A stretch of 64,000 bases of DNA from an uncultured Candidatus Rokubacteria bacterium (GCA_963805625.1 CAWDVE010000010.1:1184001-1248000), one strand, 5' to 3'; shown: positions 27,882-38,277, counted from the stretch's first letter. Translations and numbers: made by a program. The notes: generated by a model not told the origin, from the sequence alone.

Positions 27882-28790
27882 TCAATGCTCGACCTCGCGC
27901 CGGAAGAGCCGCCACTGGACGAGCGTGACCAGAAGGAGGCACGCGAAGACGAAGACGGCCATGACCGAGGCATCCCCGAGGCGGAAATACTTGAAGGCGG
28001 TGTCGTAGAGCAGCATGATCACGGTCTGGCTCGCGCTCGCCGGCCCGCCCTGGGTGGTCGCGTACACCTGGTCGAAGATCTTGAAGTTGAAGATCAGCTC
28101 CAGGATCGAAACCATGACGAGCTGGGGGTTGAGCAGCGGGAGCGTCACGGACCTGAAGCTCCGCCAGGCCCCGGCGCCGTCGATGGCGGCCGCCTCGTAG
28201 TACTCCCCGGGAATGGCCTGCAGCGCGGCCAGGAAGATCATCGTGTCGAACCCGAGGCGGACCCAGACGTTGATGAGCGCCAGGGACGGCAGCACCTGCT
28301 CCAGGCTCGACAGCCACTTCTGTGGACCGATCCCCACCCGGCCGAGGAGGTGATTGATGAAGCCGTACACCGGCTCGTAGAGCCACTGCCAGACCAGGGC
28401 CGCCGCGACCAGCGAGACGGCGAACGGCAGGAAGTACAGGACGGCCCACAGGCTGCGCCAGCGAACCCTCGCAAAGCGATTGAGGCCCAGCGCCACGACG
28501 AGCGCCAGCACCACCGTGGCCGGGGCCGACAGGAGAAGCAGCTTCACCGTGTTGCGGACGGCCTGCCAGAAAGTGGGATCGGTCAGCACCCGCTCGTAGA
28601 GCCGGAGGCCGACGAACTGGCTCGCCCCACCCGGACGCGTCCGGTAGAAGGAGCCGAGGACCGATTCCGCCAGGGGGACGAGGAAGACCGCGGTGAAATA
28701 CACCAGGGCGGGCAGGACGAAGAGGAATCCTGCCCGCCGCTGGCGGTCCGTGTAGGTCCGGGGAAAGGCGAGCCGGATGACGCGGCCCAC
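27882..28790 (-). CDS. Carbohydrate ABC transporter permease (MalF-like)
   Basis: FVLPAL, FVGL, YYEAAAIDGA, TLPLL, TQGGP. Confidence 0.9.
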   Translation of the reverse strand: MGRVIRLAFPRTYTDRQRRAGFLFVLPALVYFTAVFLVPLAESVLGSFYRTRPGGASQFVGLRLYERVLTDPTFWQAVRNTVKLLLLSAPATVVLALVVALGLNRFARVRWRSLWAVLYFLPFAVSLVAAALVWQWLYEPVYGFINHLLGRVGIGPQKWLSSLEQVLPSLALINVWVRLGFDTMIFLAALQAIPGEYYEAAAIDGAGAWRSFRSVTLPLLNPQLVMVSILELIFNFKIFDQVYATTQGGPASASQTVIMLLYDTAFKYFRLGDASVMAVFVFACLLLVTLVQWRLFRREVEH

Positions 28791-28822
28791 GATCCGGCTC
28801 GCTCTCCCGGACTCAGTCCGAC

Positions 28823-30079
28823 CTAGTCTTGAAGGATCCGGTCCATCTTCGCCGCGGCCTCGTCGAGGAGCGGCTTCGGCTGCCCCTTCCCGTAGAGGAC
28901 GCCGACGACCGCTTCGCCGAACGCGGTGGCCAACTCGTTCGACTTCGGGTGGAAGTACGTCGGCGGCACCGGCTGGGCCAGCATGTCCTTGGTCGACTGG
29001 TAGTCGGGCCGGCCTTTCGCGTATGCCGAGTCGAGGTTCGCGTTGAACACCGGCATGAAGCCGCCGAACTGATGCTGGTCGAGATCATCCTTGGCGTTCG
29101 AGATGAAGCGGATGAACTCCCAGGCCACTTGCTTGTTCGGGCTGTTCTTGTAGACCAGATTCGTCCACGGGAAGAGCGCCCCGGCGCCCGGGCACGTCTT
29201 CCCGCACGGGAGCGCGGCGACCTTGAACTTCACCTCGGGCGCGTTCTTGTGAACCCACCCGAAGAACCAGGACTCGCGGAAGATCACCGCCGCCCGCTTC
29301 TGGCCAAAGGCGTCCTCGGGGTTCCCCAGCGCGAGACTCGCCACCTTGTCCTTCAGCACCAGATCGCCGAAGAACTGGAGGGCGGCCACCATCTCCGCGC
29401 TGTTGGCGAAGCCCGTCGCCTTCTCGAGATCGGGCGAGAGCATGCGAGCGCCGTACGCGTGAGCGAACGGCAGGAACTTGTCGGTGATGCCGACCGGGTG
29501 GCCCTTGTGCCGGATGGCGAATCCAACCTGCGTGTCCCCGGAGGTCAGCTTCTTCATGGCGGCCAGCCACTCGTCGAGGGTCTTCGGTGGCTTGTCGGCA
29601 TCGAGACCGGCCTTCTTGAAGAGGTCGACGTTCATGTACATCTGCTGGAAGTTGCCGTGCTCGAGCGGCGTGCCGTAGCGGACGTTCTTCCACTTCCCGA
29701 TCGGCACCATGTACTTGGGGATCGATTCGTCCCAGATCTTCACCAGATCCTGGGGCATCGGATCACAGAAGTCGTACTGGCCGCACCACTGGTGCGTCAT
29801 CCCATTGAAGAAGTCGGGCGCCCCGCTCTTGCCCATCAGGGCGGCGAGATACTTGGCCTCGTAGCCCTGATAGGGAACCGTCACCACCTCGATCTCGTAG
29901 CCCGTCTTCTTCGCGAACTCCTTGCCCTTCTCCGCATACCACTTGTTGAAGTCGGGCTGCTGGTCCCAGTGGGTCCAGTAGACCAGCTTCTTCGTCTGGG
30001 CGGGGGCGGGCGGGATCGCCACGGTCACGGCGCCGACCGCGGCGGCCAAGGCCAGGCTGAGCCACATGCCGCGTCGCAT
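28823..30079 (-). CDS. ABC transporter extracellular solute-binding protein (SBP_bac_1/8)
   Basis: Signal peptide MRRGMWLSLALAAAV.., YMNVDLFKKAGLD..PPKTLDE, AWEFIRF. AAGGAG RBS. Confidence 0.88.
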   Translation of the reverse strand: MRRGMWLSLALAAAVGAVTVAIPPAPAQTKKLVYWTHWDQQPDFNKWYAEKGKEFAKKTGYEIEVVTVPYQGYEAKYLAALMGKSGAPDFFNGMTHQWCGQYDFCDPMPQDLVKIWDESIPKYMVPIGKWKNVRYGTPLEHGNFQQMYMNVDLFKKAGLDADKPPKTLDEWLAAMKKLTSGDTQVGFAIRHKGHPVGITDKFLPFAHAYGARMLSPDLEKATGFANSAEMVAALQFFGDLVLKDKVASLALGNPEDAFGQKRAAVIFRESWFFGWVHKNAPEVKFKVAALPCGKTCPGAGALFPWTNLVYKNSPNKQVAWEFIRFISNAKDDLDQHQFGGFMPVFNANLDSAYAKGRPDYQSTKDMLAQPVPPTYFHPKSNELATAFGEAVVGVLYGKGQPKPLLDEAAAKMDRILQD

Positions 30080-30203
30080 GCTGCGCTCCTTTCGAGTCAG
30101 AGGGTTCGTCAGGCTGGGAAGGGACCGGATCTCCAGCATCGTACACAGTCCACCACCACGGGCCCGCCGTCAATCGGGCCTGGGAAAGCTCGGTGATCGG
30201 AGG

Positions 30204-31532
30204 TCAGCGCCGTGGCTCGGTCTTTGCCCGCGACACGGCGAGATAGACGCCCGCCGCGAGCCCGAGGCTCGGCAGGGTCGCGCCGAGCGCCGGGAGCCCG
30301 CCCATGCCGAGCGGCTCGAGCCGCCCCGCGATCCACAGGTAGGTGCCGAACCCGAGCGCCCAGGCGAGCGCCCCCTGCCAGCGTACGCCGGGAGCAACCC
30401 CGCCCTTCCCGGTGGACCCGAGGAGCGTGGCGGGCGTGTAGTGGCCTCGCCGAACCACGAAGTAGTCGGCCGCCAGCACCCCGAAGAGCGGCACGAAGAC
30501 GGCGCCGATCAGGAGGAGGAAGTCCTCGTAGCGGGTCACGTCGAAGACGAGCGCCAGGGCGATCGCCGCGCCCCCGAGCGCCCCCACCAGCGGCCGGACC
30601 GAGACGCGGGGGAAGACGTTCTGGATCGAGACCGCGCACGAGTAGAGGTCGGCCCACGCCTCGTCGGTCTCGTCGGCGAGCAGCACGAGCAGGATGAGCG
30701 GCCCGGCCAGGAGCGCGATCGCCTCGACGAACGCCTTCGGCTCCGGACTCGTCCCGATGCCGAGAAGGATCAGCGCCCCGAGCGCGTAGAACCAGACGTT
30801 GGCGACCAGATACCCGAGCGTGGTCCCCCAGAAGGCCGGGGCCGGCCGGCGGGCGAATCGGCTGTAGTCGGACACCAGCGGCAGCCACGAGATCGGCATG
30901 GCGATCACGATGTCCACCGCCGCCCAGAACGAGAGTCCCCCGGCTGCCGGAGCGGCCCAGAGCGCCCCGACGTCCACGCGGCCGAAGAGGCGCCAGGTCA
31001 GCCAGGCCGTCGTCAGGATCACGGCCCCGAGGGCGAACTTCGTGAGCCATTCCCGTACCACCGCGACCGGCCCCCAGAGGCCAAGCGCGATCACGGCGCC
31101 CCCGAACCCGGCGATCCAGAGCCACGTGGCGTCGAAGCCGGTCAGGCCCCGGACCACCGCGTTGGCCGCGTGGCCCATGATCACGAGCTCGAACACGGTC
31201 CAGCCGAGAAGCTGCGCCACGTTGAACCCGGTCGCGACGTACGAGCCGCCGCGCCCGAGCGCCGGCCGGAGGCACACCATCGTGGGAAGCCCGGTCTGAC
31301 TGCCGACGATCCCGGTCAGCCCCAGCAGTGTCACGCCGATGACGCTCCCCACCGCGATGGCGCCGAGCGCCTGCGGGAGGGAGAGGGCGGGAACCAGGAA
31401 GCTCCCGGCCAGGAGGACCAGGAGCCCGATCCCCAGGTCGCCCCACAGCACGGCGAATCCCCAGGCCCCGAGCTGTCGCCCCTCGGGCGTGACGGGCTCG
31501 AGCCCTTGCGAGGTCACCACCTCGGTGGCCAT
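30204..31532 (-). CDS. cytX: NCS1/cytosine permease-family transporter, putative hydroxymethylpyrimidine transporter
   Basis: About 12 TM segments, QLLGWTVFEL, AMPISWLPLVSDYSRF. Preceded by a TPP riboswitch. Confidence 0.8.
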   Translation of the reverse strand: MATEVVTSQGLEPVTPEGRQLGAWGFAVLWGDLGIGLLVLLAGSFLVPALSLPQALGAIAVGSVIGVTLLGLTGIVGSQTGLPTMVCLRPALGRGGSYVATGFNVAQLLGWTVFELVIMGHAANAVVRGLTGFDATWLWIAGFGGAVIALGLWGPVAVVREWLTKFALGAVILTTAWLTWRLFGRVDVGALWAAPAAGGLSFWAAVDIVIAMPISWLPLVSDYSRFARRPAPAFWGTTLGYLVANVWFYALGALILLGIGTSPEPKAFVEAIALLAGPLILLVLLADETDEAWADLYSCAVSIQNVFPRVSVRPLVGALGGAAIALALVFDVTRYEDFLLLIGAVFVPLFGVLAADYFVVRRGHYTPATLLGSTGKGGVAPGVRWQGALAWALGFGTYLWIAGRLEPLGMGGLPALGATLPSLGLAAGVYLAVSRAKTEPRR

Positions 31533-31560
31533 GGCGCATTCTCCTCGGCGACGAGACCTG

Positions 31561-31596
31561 AAACAACGAAGGGCGCCGGGAATCCCCAGCGCCCTC
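31561..31596 (-). terminator. Terminator-like hairpin in the riboswitch expression platform
   Basis: Minus strand AGGGCGCTGGG-gatt-CCCGGCGCCCT stem followed by TCGTTGTTT. Confidence 0.5.
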
Positions 31597-31620
31597 GGTG
31601 TGGGCTCGTCGTACGTTGGC

Positions 31621-31712
31621 GTCCCTACGCTGGCATTACCCAGATCAGGTTCCGGCGGTCGGCGGCGTTCCGGCCGCCCTCTCAGCTCGGCGCTCTCCGA
31701 GCTCCCGCGCTC
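31621..31712 (-). ncRNA. TPP riboswitch (THI box)
   Basis: Minus strand GGGAGC...CTGAGA...GACC...GAACCTGATCTGGGTAATGCCAGCGTAGGGA. Confidence 0.93.
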
Positions 31713-31769
31713 GTGTCCTCCGCTGGCTATGCCGTCACGATCCCCTCCTCGGGTACATTCCAACCTACT

Positions 31770-32486
31770 CTACGCTGAAGGGGGCGCCGGTGTCTGCCCC
31801 ACGGGGACCCGAAGACCCTTCCTGAGCTCCTTGTCGCCGCGCTCCCGTACGTCCTCGCCCCGCACGATGTAGATCACGTCCTCGGCGATGTTGGTCGCGT
31901 GATCCGCGATCCGCTCGAGGTTGCGGGAGATCAGGATCAGCGCCAGGGCGCGCGGAATCGTCGACGTGTCCGCCATCATGTAGACGAGCAGCTCGCGGAA
32001 CACCTGGTCGCGCAAGCTGTCGACGGCGTCGTCACCTTCGATCACCGCGCGGGCCAGCTCCGGATCCCGGCGCACGAAGGCGTCCAGGCTCTTCCGCACC
32101 ATCTCCTGGGCCAGCGCGGCCATCCGCGGGATGTCGATGAGCGGCTTGACCTGAGGCTCGTGGATCAGCGCCCGCGCCCGGAGCGCGATGCTCACGGCCT
32201 GGTCGGCCATGCGCTCGAGATCGCTGTTGATCTTGATGGCGGCCACCAGGAAGCGGAGATCCGAGGCCATCGGCTGCTGGAGCGCGAGGCGGGTGAAGCA
32301 GCGGTCGTCGACCTCGATGCAGAGGAGGTCCATCTCCTCCTCGTGGGCCAGGACCGCCTGCACCAGCGCCTCGTCCCGGTCCACGAGCGCCCGCACGCTC
32401 TTGTGGATCATGGTCTCGGCCAGGCTCCCCATCGCGAGGAGCTTCTCCCGGATCGCCTGAAGCTCGACCTCGAAGTGTCGCTCCAT
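31770..32486 (-). CDS. phoU: Phosphate signalling complex protein PhoU
   Basis: ALQQPMASDLR, DLERMADQA, RNLERIADHATNIAEDVIY. Confidence 0.95.
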   Translation of the reverse strand: MERHFEVELQAIREKLLAMGSLAETMIHKSVRALVDRDEALVQAVLAHEEEMDLLCIEVDDRCFTRLALQQPMASDLRFLVAAIKINSDLERMADQAVSIALRARALIHEPQVKPLIDIPRMAALAQEMVRKSLDAFVRRDPELARAVIEGDDAVDSLRDQVFRELLVYMMADTSTIPRALALILISRNLERIADHATNIAEDVIYIVRGEDVRERGDKELRKGLRVPVGQTPAPPSA

Positions 32487-32502
32487 GGCCGTCCTCCGCG
32501 AC

Positions 32503-33321
32503 CTAGCCAAACCGGCCGGTGATGTAGGCCTCGGTCTTCGGGTCCTTCGGCATGGTGAACAGCTCCTTGGTCACCCCGAACTCGACCAGCTCGCCCAGGA
32601 GCATGAAGCCCGTATAGTCCGACACCCGGGCGGCCTGCTGCATGTTGTGGGTGACGATCACGATGGTGTAGCTCGACTTCAGCTCCCGCATCAGCTCCTC
32701 GATCTTCGCCGTGGCGATGGGATCGAGCGCGGAGCACGGCTCGTCCATGAGGAGGACGTCGGGCTCGACGGCGATCGCGCGGGCGATGCACAGCCGCTGC
32801 TGCTGCCCTCCCGAGAGGCTGAGTGCGCTCTCGTGCAGCCGATCCGACACTTCGTCCCACAGGGCCGCCGCACGGAGGCTTCGTTCGACGATGGCCTCCA
32901 GCTCGCCGCGACTTCCGACGCCAAGAATGCGCGGACCGTACGCGACGTTCTCGAAGATGGACTTGGGGAACGGGTTTGACTTCTGGAACACCATGCCCAC
33001 GCGCTTGCGGAGCTCCGTCACGTCGAGCTTGGGATCGTTGATATCCATGCCGCCGATCCGGATCTGGCCGGTGACGCGAACGCCATCGACTAGATCGTTC
33101 ATCCGGTTCAGGCAGCGGAGAAGAGTGCTCTTCCCGCAGCCCGATGGTCCGATGTACGCCGTCACCCGCTGTTTGGGAATGGACATGCTGATGTCCTTGA
33201 GCGCCTGCTTCAGCCCGTACCACAGATTGACGTGCTCGATCTCGACCATGGGCATCTCCATGACCGATGGCACGGATGCTTGCGGGTTCAGGCCCACAGC
33301 GATCTGGACGTTCCCGGTCAT
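32503..33321 (-). CDS. pstB: Phosphate ABC transporter ATPase
   Basis: [50 protein letters not shown]. Confidence 0.97.
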   Translation of the reverse strand: MTGNVQIAVGLNPQASVPSVMEMPMVEIEHVNLWYGLKQALKDISMSIPKQRVTAYIGPSGCGKSTLLRCLNRMNDLVDGVRVTGQIRIGGMDINDPKLDVTELRKRVGMVFQKSNPFPKSIFENVAYGPRILGVGSRGELEAIVERSLRAAALWDEVSDRLHESALSLSGGQQQRLCIARAIAVEPDVLLMDEPCSALDPIATAKIEELMRELKSSYTIVIVTHNMQQAARVSDYTGFMLLGELVEFGVTKELFTMPKDPKTEAYITGRFG

Positions 33322-33330
33322 GATTATCTC

Positions 33331-34932
33331 CTAGACGGCGGCCGTCGCATACTTCCGGCGGAGTCGGTTGCGCATGCTAATGGCGAAGAGGTTCAAGAGC
33401 ACGACGATCCCGAGCAGGAGCAGGGTCGTGGCGAAGACCATTGGACGCGCCGCGTCAACGTTGGGCGACTGAAATCCCACGTCATAGATGTGGAACCCCA
33501 GGTGCATGAACTTGCGGTCGAGGTGGACGAACGGCCAGAAGCCATCCACCGGCAAGGCGGGCGCCAGCTTGACGACGCCCGTGATCATCAGCGGCGCCAC
33601 CTCGCCGGCAGCGCGAGCCATGGCCAGGATGAGACCGGTCAGGATCGACGGCATGACGGCCGGCAGCACCACTCGCAGCGTCGTCTCGAGCTTCGTGGCG
33701 CTCAGCGCCAGCGAGGCCTCGCGTATGCCGCCCGGAATTGCCGCCAGCCCCTCCTCGGTGGCGACGATGACGACCGGCACGGTCAGGAGTGCCAGCGTCA
33801 GGGACGCCCAGAGGATGCCACCGGTCCCAAAGGTCGGCGTGGGGAGCGCCTCCGGAAAGAACAGGTGGTCGATGGAGCCCCCGACGACGTAGATGAAGAA
33901 GCCGACCCCGAACACACCGAAGACGATCGACGGCACCCCGGCCAGGTTGTTCACGGCGATGCGCACCGCGCTCACGAACGTACCCTGCTTCGCGTACTCC
34001 CGGAGGTAGAAGGCCGCGAGCACTCCCAGCGGCGTCACGAGCACACTCATGATCATGACCATCATGACGGTACCGAAGATCGCCGGGAACACGCCGCCCT
34101 CGGTGTTCGCCTCGCGAGGGTCGTCGGCGACGAACTGCCAGGCCTTCGCCGCGTAGTGAGCCACCTTGGCGCCGGTCCCCATGGCGTTCGGGAAGTAGAC
34201 GTCGACGACCTGCGCCAGAGGAAGCGCCTTCTCCTTCCCGTCGTCGGCCGTGACGACCACCATGTCGGTCTGCTTCGTCCGCAGCTCAGCCAGGCGCGCT
34301 TCCTGAACTCGGTAGCGCTCCTGCTGCGTGGCGAGCTCCTGCTGGAGCGCCGTGACCTCCGGCCCCGACGTGACCCCTCGAAGCTCCAGGCCTCGGAGCT
34401 TCAGCCGAATCTGCTCCTGGGCATAGTTGATCCGCCCGATGTCACCCTTCTCGATGCGCCTGATCTCCGTCCGGACCCCGCTCGCCCCCGGAAGCCGCTT
34501 CTCCACTTCCGGCCAGCTCGCCTGGGGTCCGGAGGCCACGATCTGGTCGCCGCGCCGGACTTCCTTGATCGTTCCGATCAGCGCGCCCCACTCGGTCCGT
34601 TCGATCACCACCGCTTCAGTGGGGTAGTCACGCGTGACGATCTGGCTCTCGTCGACCCACTGGAAGTCGGCGCCGTAGAGGTCGCGGTTGGCCACCTTGA
34701 GCTTGATCCGGTACTGGCCCAGCTTGCCTGGGATGGGCTCGCGGTCGGCCAACTGCCCGGTCACGATCTTGCCGTCGCGGAGAGTGGCGCGCAGCACGTT
34801 CTTGGGCCAGAAAAACCCGAGCCCGTTATGGAGGATGAGCCCGATGAGCCCGGCCACCAAAAGGAGCGAGAGCGCCAACGCTCCGCCCGTCAGCCAGATG
34901 AACGGCTCCCCGCTTCGCCACAGCTTCCTCAT
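33331..34932 (-). CDS. pstA: Phosphate ABC transporter permease PstA (long form)
   Basis: PREANTEGGVFPAIFGT, NLAGVPSIVFG, ARAAGEVAPL. True ATG at 34932 (ATGA overlap with pstC). Confidence 0.92.
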   Translation of the reverse strand: MRKLWRSGEPFIWLTGGALALSLLLVAGLIGLILHNGLGFFWPKNVLRATLRDGKIVTGQLADREPIPGKLGQYRIKLKVANRDLYGADFQWVDESQIVTRDYPTEAVVIERTEWGALIGTIKEVRRGDQIVASGPQASWPEVEKRLPGASGVRTEIRRIEKGDIGRINYAQEQIRLKLRGLELRGVTSGPEVTALQQELATQQERYRVQEARLAELRTKQTDMVVVTADDGKEKALPLAQVVDVYFPNAMGTGAKVAHYAAKAWQFVADDPREANTEGGVFPAIFGTVMMVMIMSVLVTPLGVLAAFYLREYAKQGTFVSAVRIAVNNLAGVPSIVFGVFGVGFFIYVVGGSIDHLFFPEALPTPTFGTGGILWASLTLALLTVPVVIVATEEGLAAIPGGIREASLALSATKLETTLRVVLPAVMPSILTGLILAMARAAGEVAPLMITGVVKLAPALPVDGFWPFVHLDRKFMHLGFHIYDVGFQSPNVDAARPMVFATTLLLLGIVVLLNLFAISMRNRLRRKYATAAV

Positions 34933-37226
34933 AGGTACCGGAATTTCCTTCTGAGCTTCAGGCGCACCAGCTCGGCTACCGTGTTGAGCGCGAAGGTCAA
35001 GCAGAACAGCAGGAGCGCAGCAAGAAAGAGCACACGGTAGAGCGTGCCTTGCTCCGGAGCCTCGGGCAGCTCCACGGCGATGTTGGCGGACAGGGCGCGG
35101 AAGCCGTTGAAGATGCTCCAGTCCATGACCGGCGTGTTGCCGGTCGCCATCAGGACGATCATGGTCTCGCCCACTGCGCGCCCGAAGCCGATCATGATCG
35201 CCGAGAAGATGCCGGGGCTCGCGGTCGGCAGGACGATCCGGAGCGCGGTCTGCCACCGGTTGGCTCCCAGCGCCAGCGATCCCGCGCGGAGGTGGCCCGG
35301 AACGTTGGCGAGCGAGTCCTCCGCGATCGTGAAGATGATCGGAATGACGGCAAAGCCCATGGCGATGCCCACCACCAGGGAGTTTCGCTGATCGTAGGTC
35401 AGGCCGAGGGCCGAGAGCAGCCAGCCGCGGTAGTTGCCCCCGAGCAGGAGGACATCGATCAGGTTCCCCAGGACGAGCGCGAGCCACATCCCGGCCACGA
35501 CCACGGGAATCAGCAGGAACACCTCGCTTCCAGCCTTGACCCGTCCGCGGATCCGGATCGGCACCGCCTGCCACGCGAGCAGGCCCAGGACGATCACGAT
35601 CGGGAGCACGAGGGGGACGAGGAACAGTCCGGGCACGATCCGCTCGACCATCGGGGCGAGCCAGAGACCAGCCAGGAAACCGAGGACGACGCTGGGCAGC
35701 GCCGCCATGATCTCGACGACCGGCTTGACGTAGGCCTTGAGGTTCGGGTGCATGAACTCGCTGACGTACACCGCGGCCAGGAGCGCCAGCGGCACGGCGA
35801 TGAGGAGGGCGTAGAACGTCCCCTTGAGCGTCCCGTAGATCAAGGGCGTCAGGCTGAACTTGGCCTCGAAGTCGTCGGTCCCGCCAGTGGACTGCCATAC
35901 GTAGTCGGGCTGGGAGTACCCCTCGTACCACACCTTGCCGAAGAGGGTCCGCCAGGTGATCTCCGGGTGAGGGTTGTCCAGCTGCCACTGCGACACCGTC
36001 CCGCTGTCGTCGAGCGTCACGATTCCGTCTGCCTTCGGCGTGATCGCCACGCTGCGCAGCGTCGCCCCCACCGCCTTCAGCGACAGCAAGGTCTGGCCCG
36101 AGGTGCCGTAGTTGAGGTGCACCTGGCCGGTCGCGTCGGCGGTCGCGAAGCCCTTCTCGCGCTTCGACGCACTGATGTCGATGACGGCCCCCTTCTGCCG
36201 CTCGAACTGGTAGACCCGTGTCAGACGCCGCTCGCCGCCTCCCGGCGGCGGAACGATCTGCCAGGTCGAGACCCCGCCGGATGCGTCGCCGACAACCAGC
36301 GTCCGGTCGCCGATGAGGAGGCCGAGCGCCGTCACCGCAACACCGGGGCGAGTGGTCACGTCCGTCACCTCGACCCTGGCGGGGCTGGCCGGGTCCCGGA
36401 GGTCATAGCGAACCACCTGACCCTGGGAGGTCCCGATGAACAGATCCTCGGCGCGTCCGTCCAGCGCGAGCTTCGTGACCCCTCCGTCGATCTCCAGGTT
36501 GAGCGTCTGCCGCGACTCCTCACGGGTGCTGGGGCCGATCAGGGCCTTCTTCTCGACCGTCGCGTGGACCACCAGCTCCGCGGGACCGACCTGCGCGATC
36601 GAGATGGGCCCGGAACCGGGAACCGCGGAGGTCAGTGTCCGGATCGGCCGTTTCCGCTCCGGGTCGAGGGCGGATGGCTCACCGAAGACCGGCCGTGGCG
36701 TCACGGTGCGCTCCCCACCAAGGAACGCGGCCTCGAAGTTCATCTCGAGGGGAATCACGCGCCCATCCGACGTACCGATGGCGTAGCGCGAGTGCCCTCC
36801 ATATCCGATGGCCGAGACTTGAGCACCATCTAGACCAACGATGGGAACCGGCGGCAAGGCGCGACCGTCCTTCAAGCTCAGGAGCTGAAGCAGGCCACGC
36901 CGGTCGATCCCGTACGCGATCGCGCGATACTCGTCGACCCCGAGGCCCTCGCTGCCGGCCAGCCGCCACGCCGCTGCCGGATCGGTGGCGGGGTAGGACC
37001 GGACCAGCGTTGCCGTCGGCACCTTGAACAAGGGGTAGACCTCGGCGACGATGACGAAAAGGATGGCGAGGATGGCGGCGATGATGACGAGGCCACCCAC
37101 GACGACCAGGCGCGACGCCCACTGATCAAGACGGATACGGCGACTGGTTCGGGCCGCAGAGACGACCAGCGGGCGGGCCGGTGCTGCCGGCCCGCCCGCC
37201 CCGAGGGTCTCGAGATTGACGGCCAT
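34929..37226 (-). CDS. pstC: Phosphate ABC transporter permease PstC with large periplasmic beta-propeller-like domain
   Basis: VWYEGY..PDYVWQS, PLIYGTLK, ALPSVVLG, GRAVGETMIVLM. Confidence 0.9.
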   Translation of the reverse strand: MAVNLETLGAGGPAAPARPLVVSAARTSRRIRLDQWASRLVVVGGLVIIAAILAILFVIVAEVYPLFKVPTATLVRSYPATDPAAAWRLAGSEGLGVDEYRAIAYGIDRRGLLQLLSLKDGRALPPVPIVGLDGAQVSAIGYGGHSRYAIGTSDGRVIPLEMNFEAAFLGGERTVTPRPVFGEPSALDPERKRPIRTLTSAVPGSGPISIAQVGPAELVVHATVEKKALIGPSTREESRQTLNLEIDGGVTKLALDGRAEDLFIGTSQGQVVRYDLRDPASPARVEVTDVTTRPGVAVTALGLLIGDRTLVVGDASGGVSTWQIVPPPGGGERRLTRVYQFERQKGAVIDISASKREKGFATADATGQVHLNYGTSGQTLLSLKAVGATLRSVAITPKADGIVTLDDSGTVSQWQLDNPHPEITWRTLFGKVWYEGYSQPDYVWQSTGGTDDFEAKFSLTPLIYGTLKGTFYALLIAVPLALLAAVYVSEFMHPNLKAYVKPVVEIMAALPSVVLGFLAGLWLAPMVERIVPGLFLVPLVLPIVIVLGLLAWQAVPIRIRGRVKAGSEVFLLIPVVVAGMWLALVLGNLIDVLLLGGNYRGWLLSALGLTYDQRNSLVVGIAMGFAVIPIIFTIAEDSLANVPGHLRAGSLALGANRWQTALRIVLPTASPGIFSAIMIGFGRAVGETMIVLMATGNTPVMDWSIFNGFRALSANIAVELPEAPEQGTLYRVLFLAALLLFCLTFALNTVAELVRLKLRRKFRYL

Positions 37227-38198
37227 CTACTGGATCTTGCCCAGCTCTTCCTTGGCAATCTGGGCCGGGATCGGGAAGTAGCCGTCCTTGACGACGACCT
37301 CCTGGCCTTCCTTGGAGAGGATCAGCTTGGCGAATTCGCGAGTGAGGGGATCCAAGGTCTTCCCGGGCGCCTTGTTCACGTAGACGAAGAGGAATCGGGC
37401 CAGCGGGTAGGAGCCGGCGTAGGCGTTGTCCGCGGTGGCTTCCTCGCACTTGCCGCCGGCCTTGTCCGCGAGCGGCACCGGGCGGACGCCGGCCGTCGCG
37501 TAGCCGATGCCACTGTACCCCACAGCATAGCGGTCCACGGTCACGCCCTGGACAACCGCCGCCGACCCAGGCTGCTCCTTGACCTCGTCTTTGTAGTCGC
37601 CGTTCTTGAGGACGTGCTCCTTGAAGAACCCGTAGGTTCCGGAGGCCGAGTTACGCCCGTAGAGACTGATGGGCCTGCTGGCCCATTCGCCGGTCAACCC
37701 AAGCTGGCCCCAGGTCTTGACATCCTCCTTGTAGCCGGCACGGCGCGATTTCGAGAACACCGAATCGACTTGGGCCATCGTCAGGCACTTGATCGGATTG
37801 TCCTTGTTGACGAAGACCGCCAACGCGTCAACCGAGGTACGGATCGGTGTCGGCTTGTAGCCGTACTTCTTCTCGAACTGGTCGACCTCGGTGCCCTTCA
37901 TCTCGCGAGACATGGGACCGAGCTGCGCCGTGCCGGAGATGAGCGCCGGCGGCGCCGTCGACGAGCCCTTGCCTTCGATCTGGATCTTGGCATTCGGGTA
38001 GAACTTGTTGAATTGCTCGGCCCAGAGCGTCATCAGGTTATTCAGCGTGTCGGAGCCGATGCTCGACACGTTGCCGCTGACACCGCTCGTCGCCTTGTAC
38101 GAGACGAGGGCTGGGTCCACCTGGACCTGGGCCGCGGCGGGCCCCGCACCTAGGATGGCCACCACGGCGACGGCCGCGACGATCGCTCGGGTCTTCAT
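37227..38198 (-). CDS. pstS: Phosphate-binding protein PstS
   Basis: Signal peptide, GSDTL, GKGSSTAP, GRNSASGTY, YPLARFL. GAGGAGGAG RBS. Confidence 0.95.
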   Translation of the reverse strand: MKTRAIVAAVAVVAILGAGPAAAQVQVDPALVSYKATSGVSGNVSSIGSDTLNNLMTLWAEQFNKFYPNAKIQIEGKGSSTAPPALISGTAQLGPMSREMKGTEVDQFEKKYGYKPTPIRTSVDALAVFVNKDNPIKCLTMAQVDSVFSKSRRAGYKEDVKTWGQLGLTGEWASRPISLYGRNSASGTYGFFKEHVLKNGDYKDEVKEQPGSAAVVQGVTVDRYAVGYSGIGYATAGVRPVPLADKAGGKCEEATADNAYAGSYPLARFLFVYVNKAPGKTLDPLTREFAKLILSKEGQEVVVKDGYFPIPAQIAKEELGKIQ

Positions 38199-38230
38199 GC
38201 GCTCCTCCTCATCTAATGTTGATGCTGGGC

Positions 38231-38277
38231 GTGTCGGTCGCGTTACCTTTGCGTAACATCGGTGTTACGGGGGTTAC
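38231..38277 (-). promoter_or_regulatory. Pho-box-like 11-bp periodic repeats upstream of pstS
   Basis: Minus strand GTAAC-N6-GTTAC-N6-GTAAC-N6-GACAC, plus an extra GTAAC 9 bp further upstream. Confidence 0.7.

Noticed and set aside
33331-37226. Very long PstC/PstA as a novelty
   Set aside because: Long forms with periplasmic domains are known (Pseudomonas/Vibrio type). The 885-aa track ORF is a mis-started pstA.
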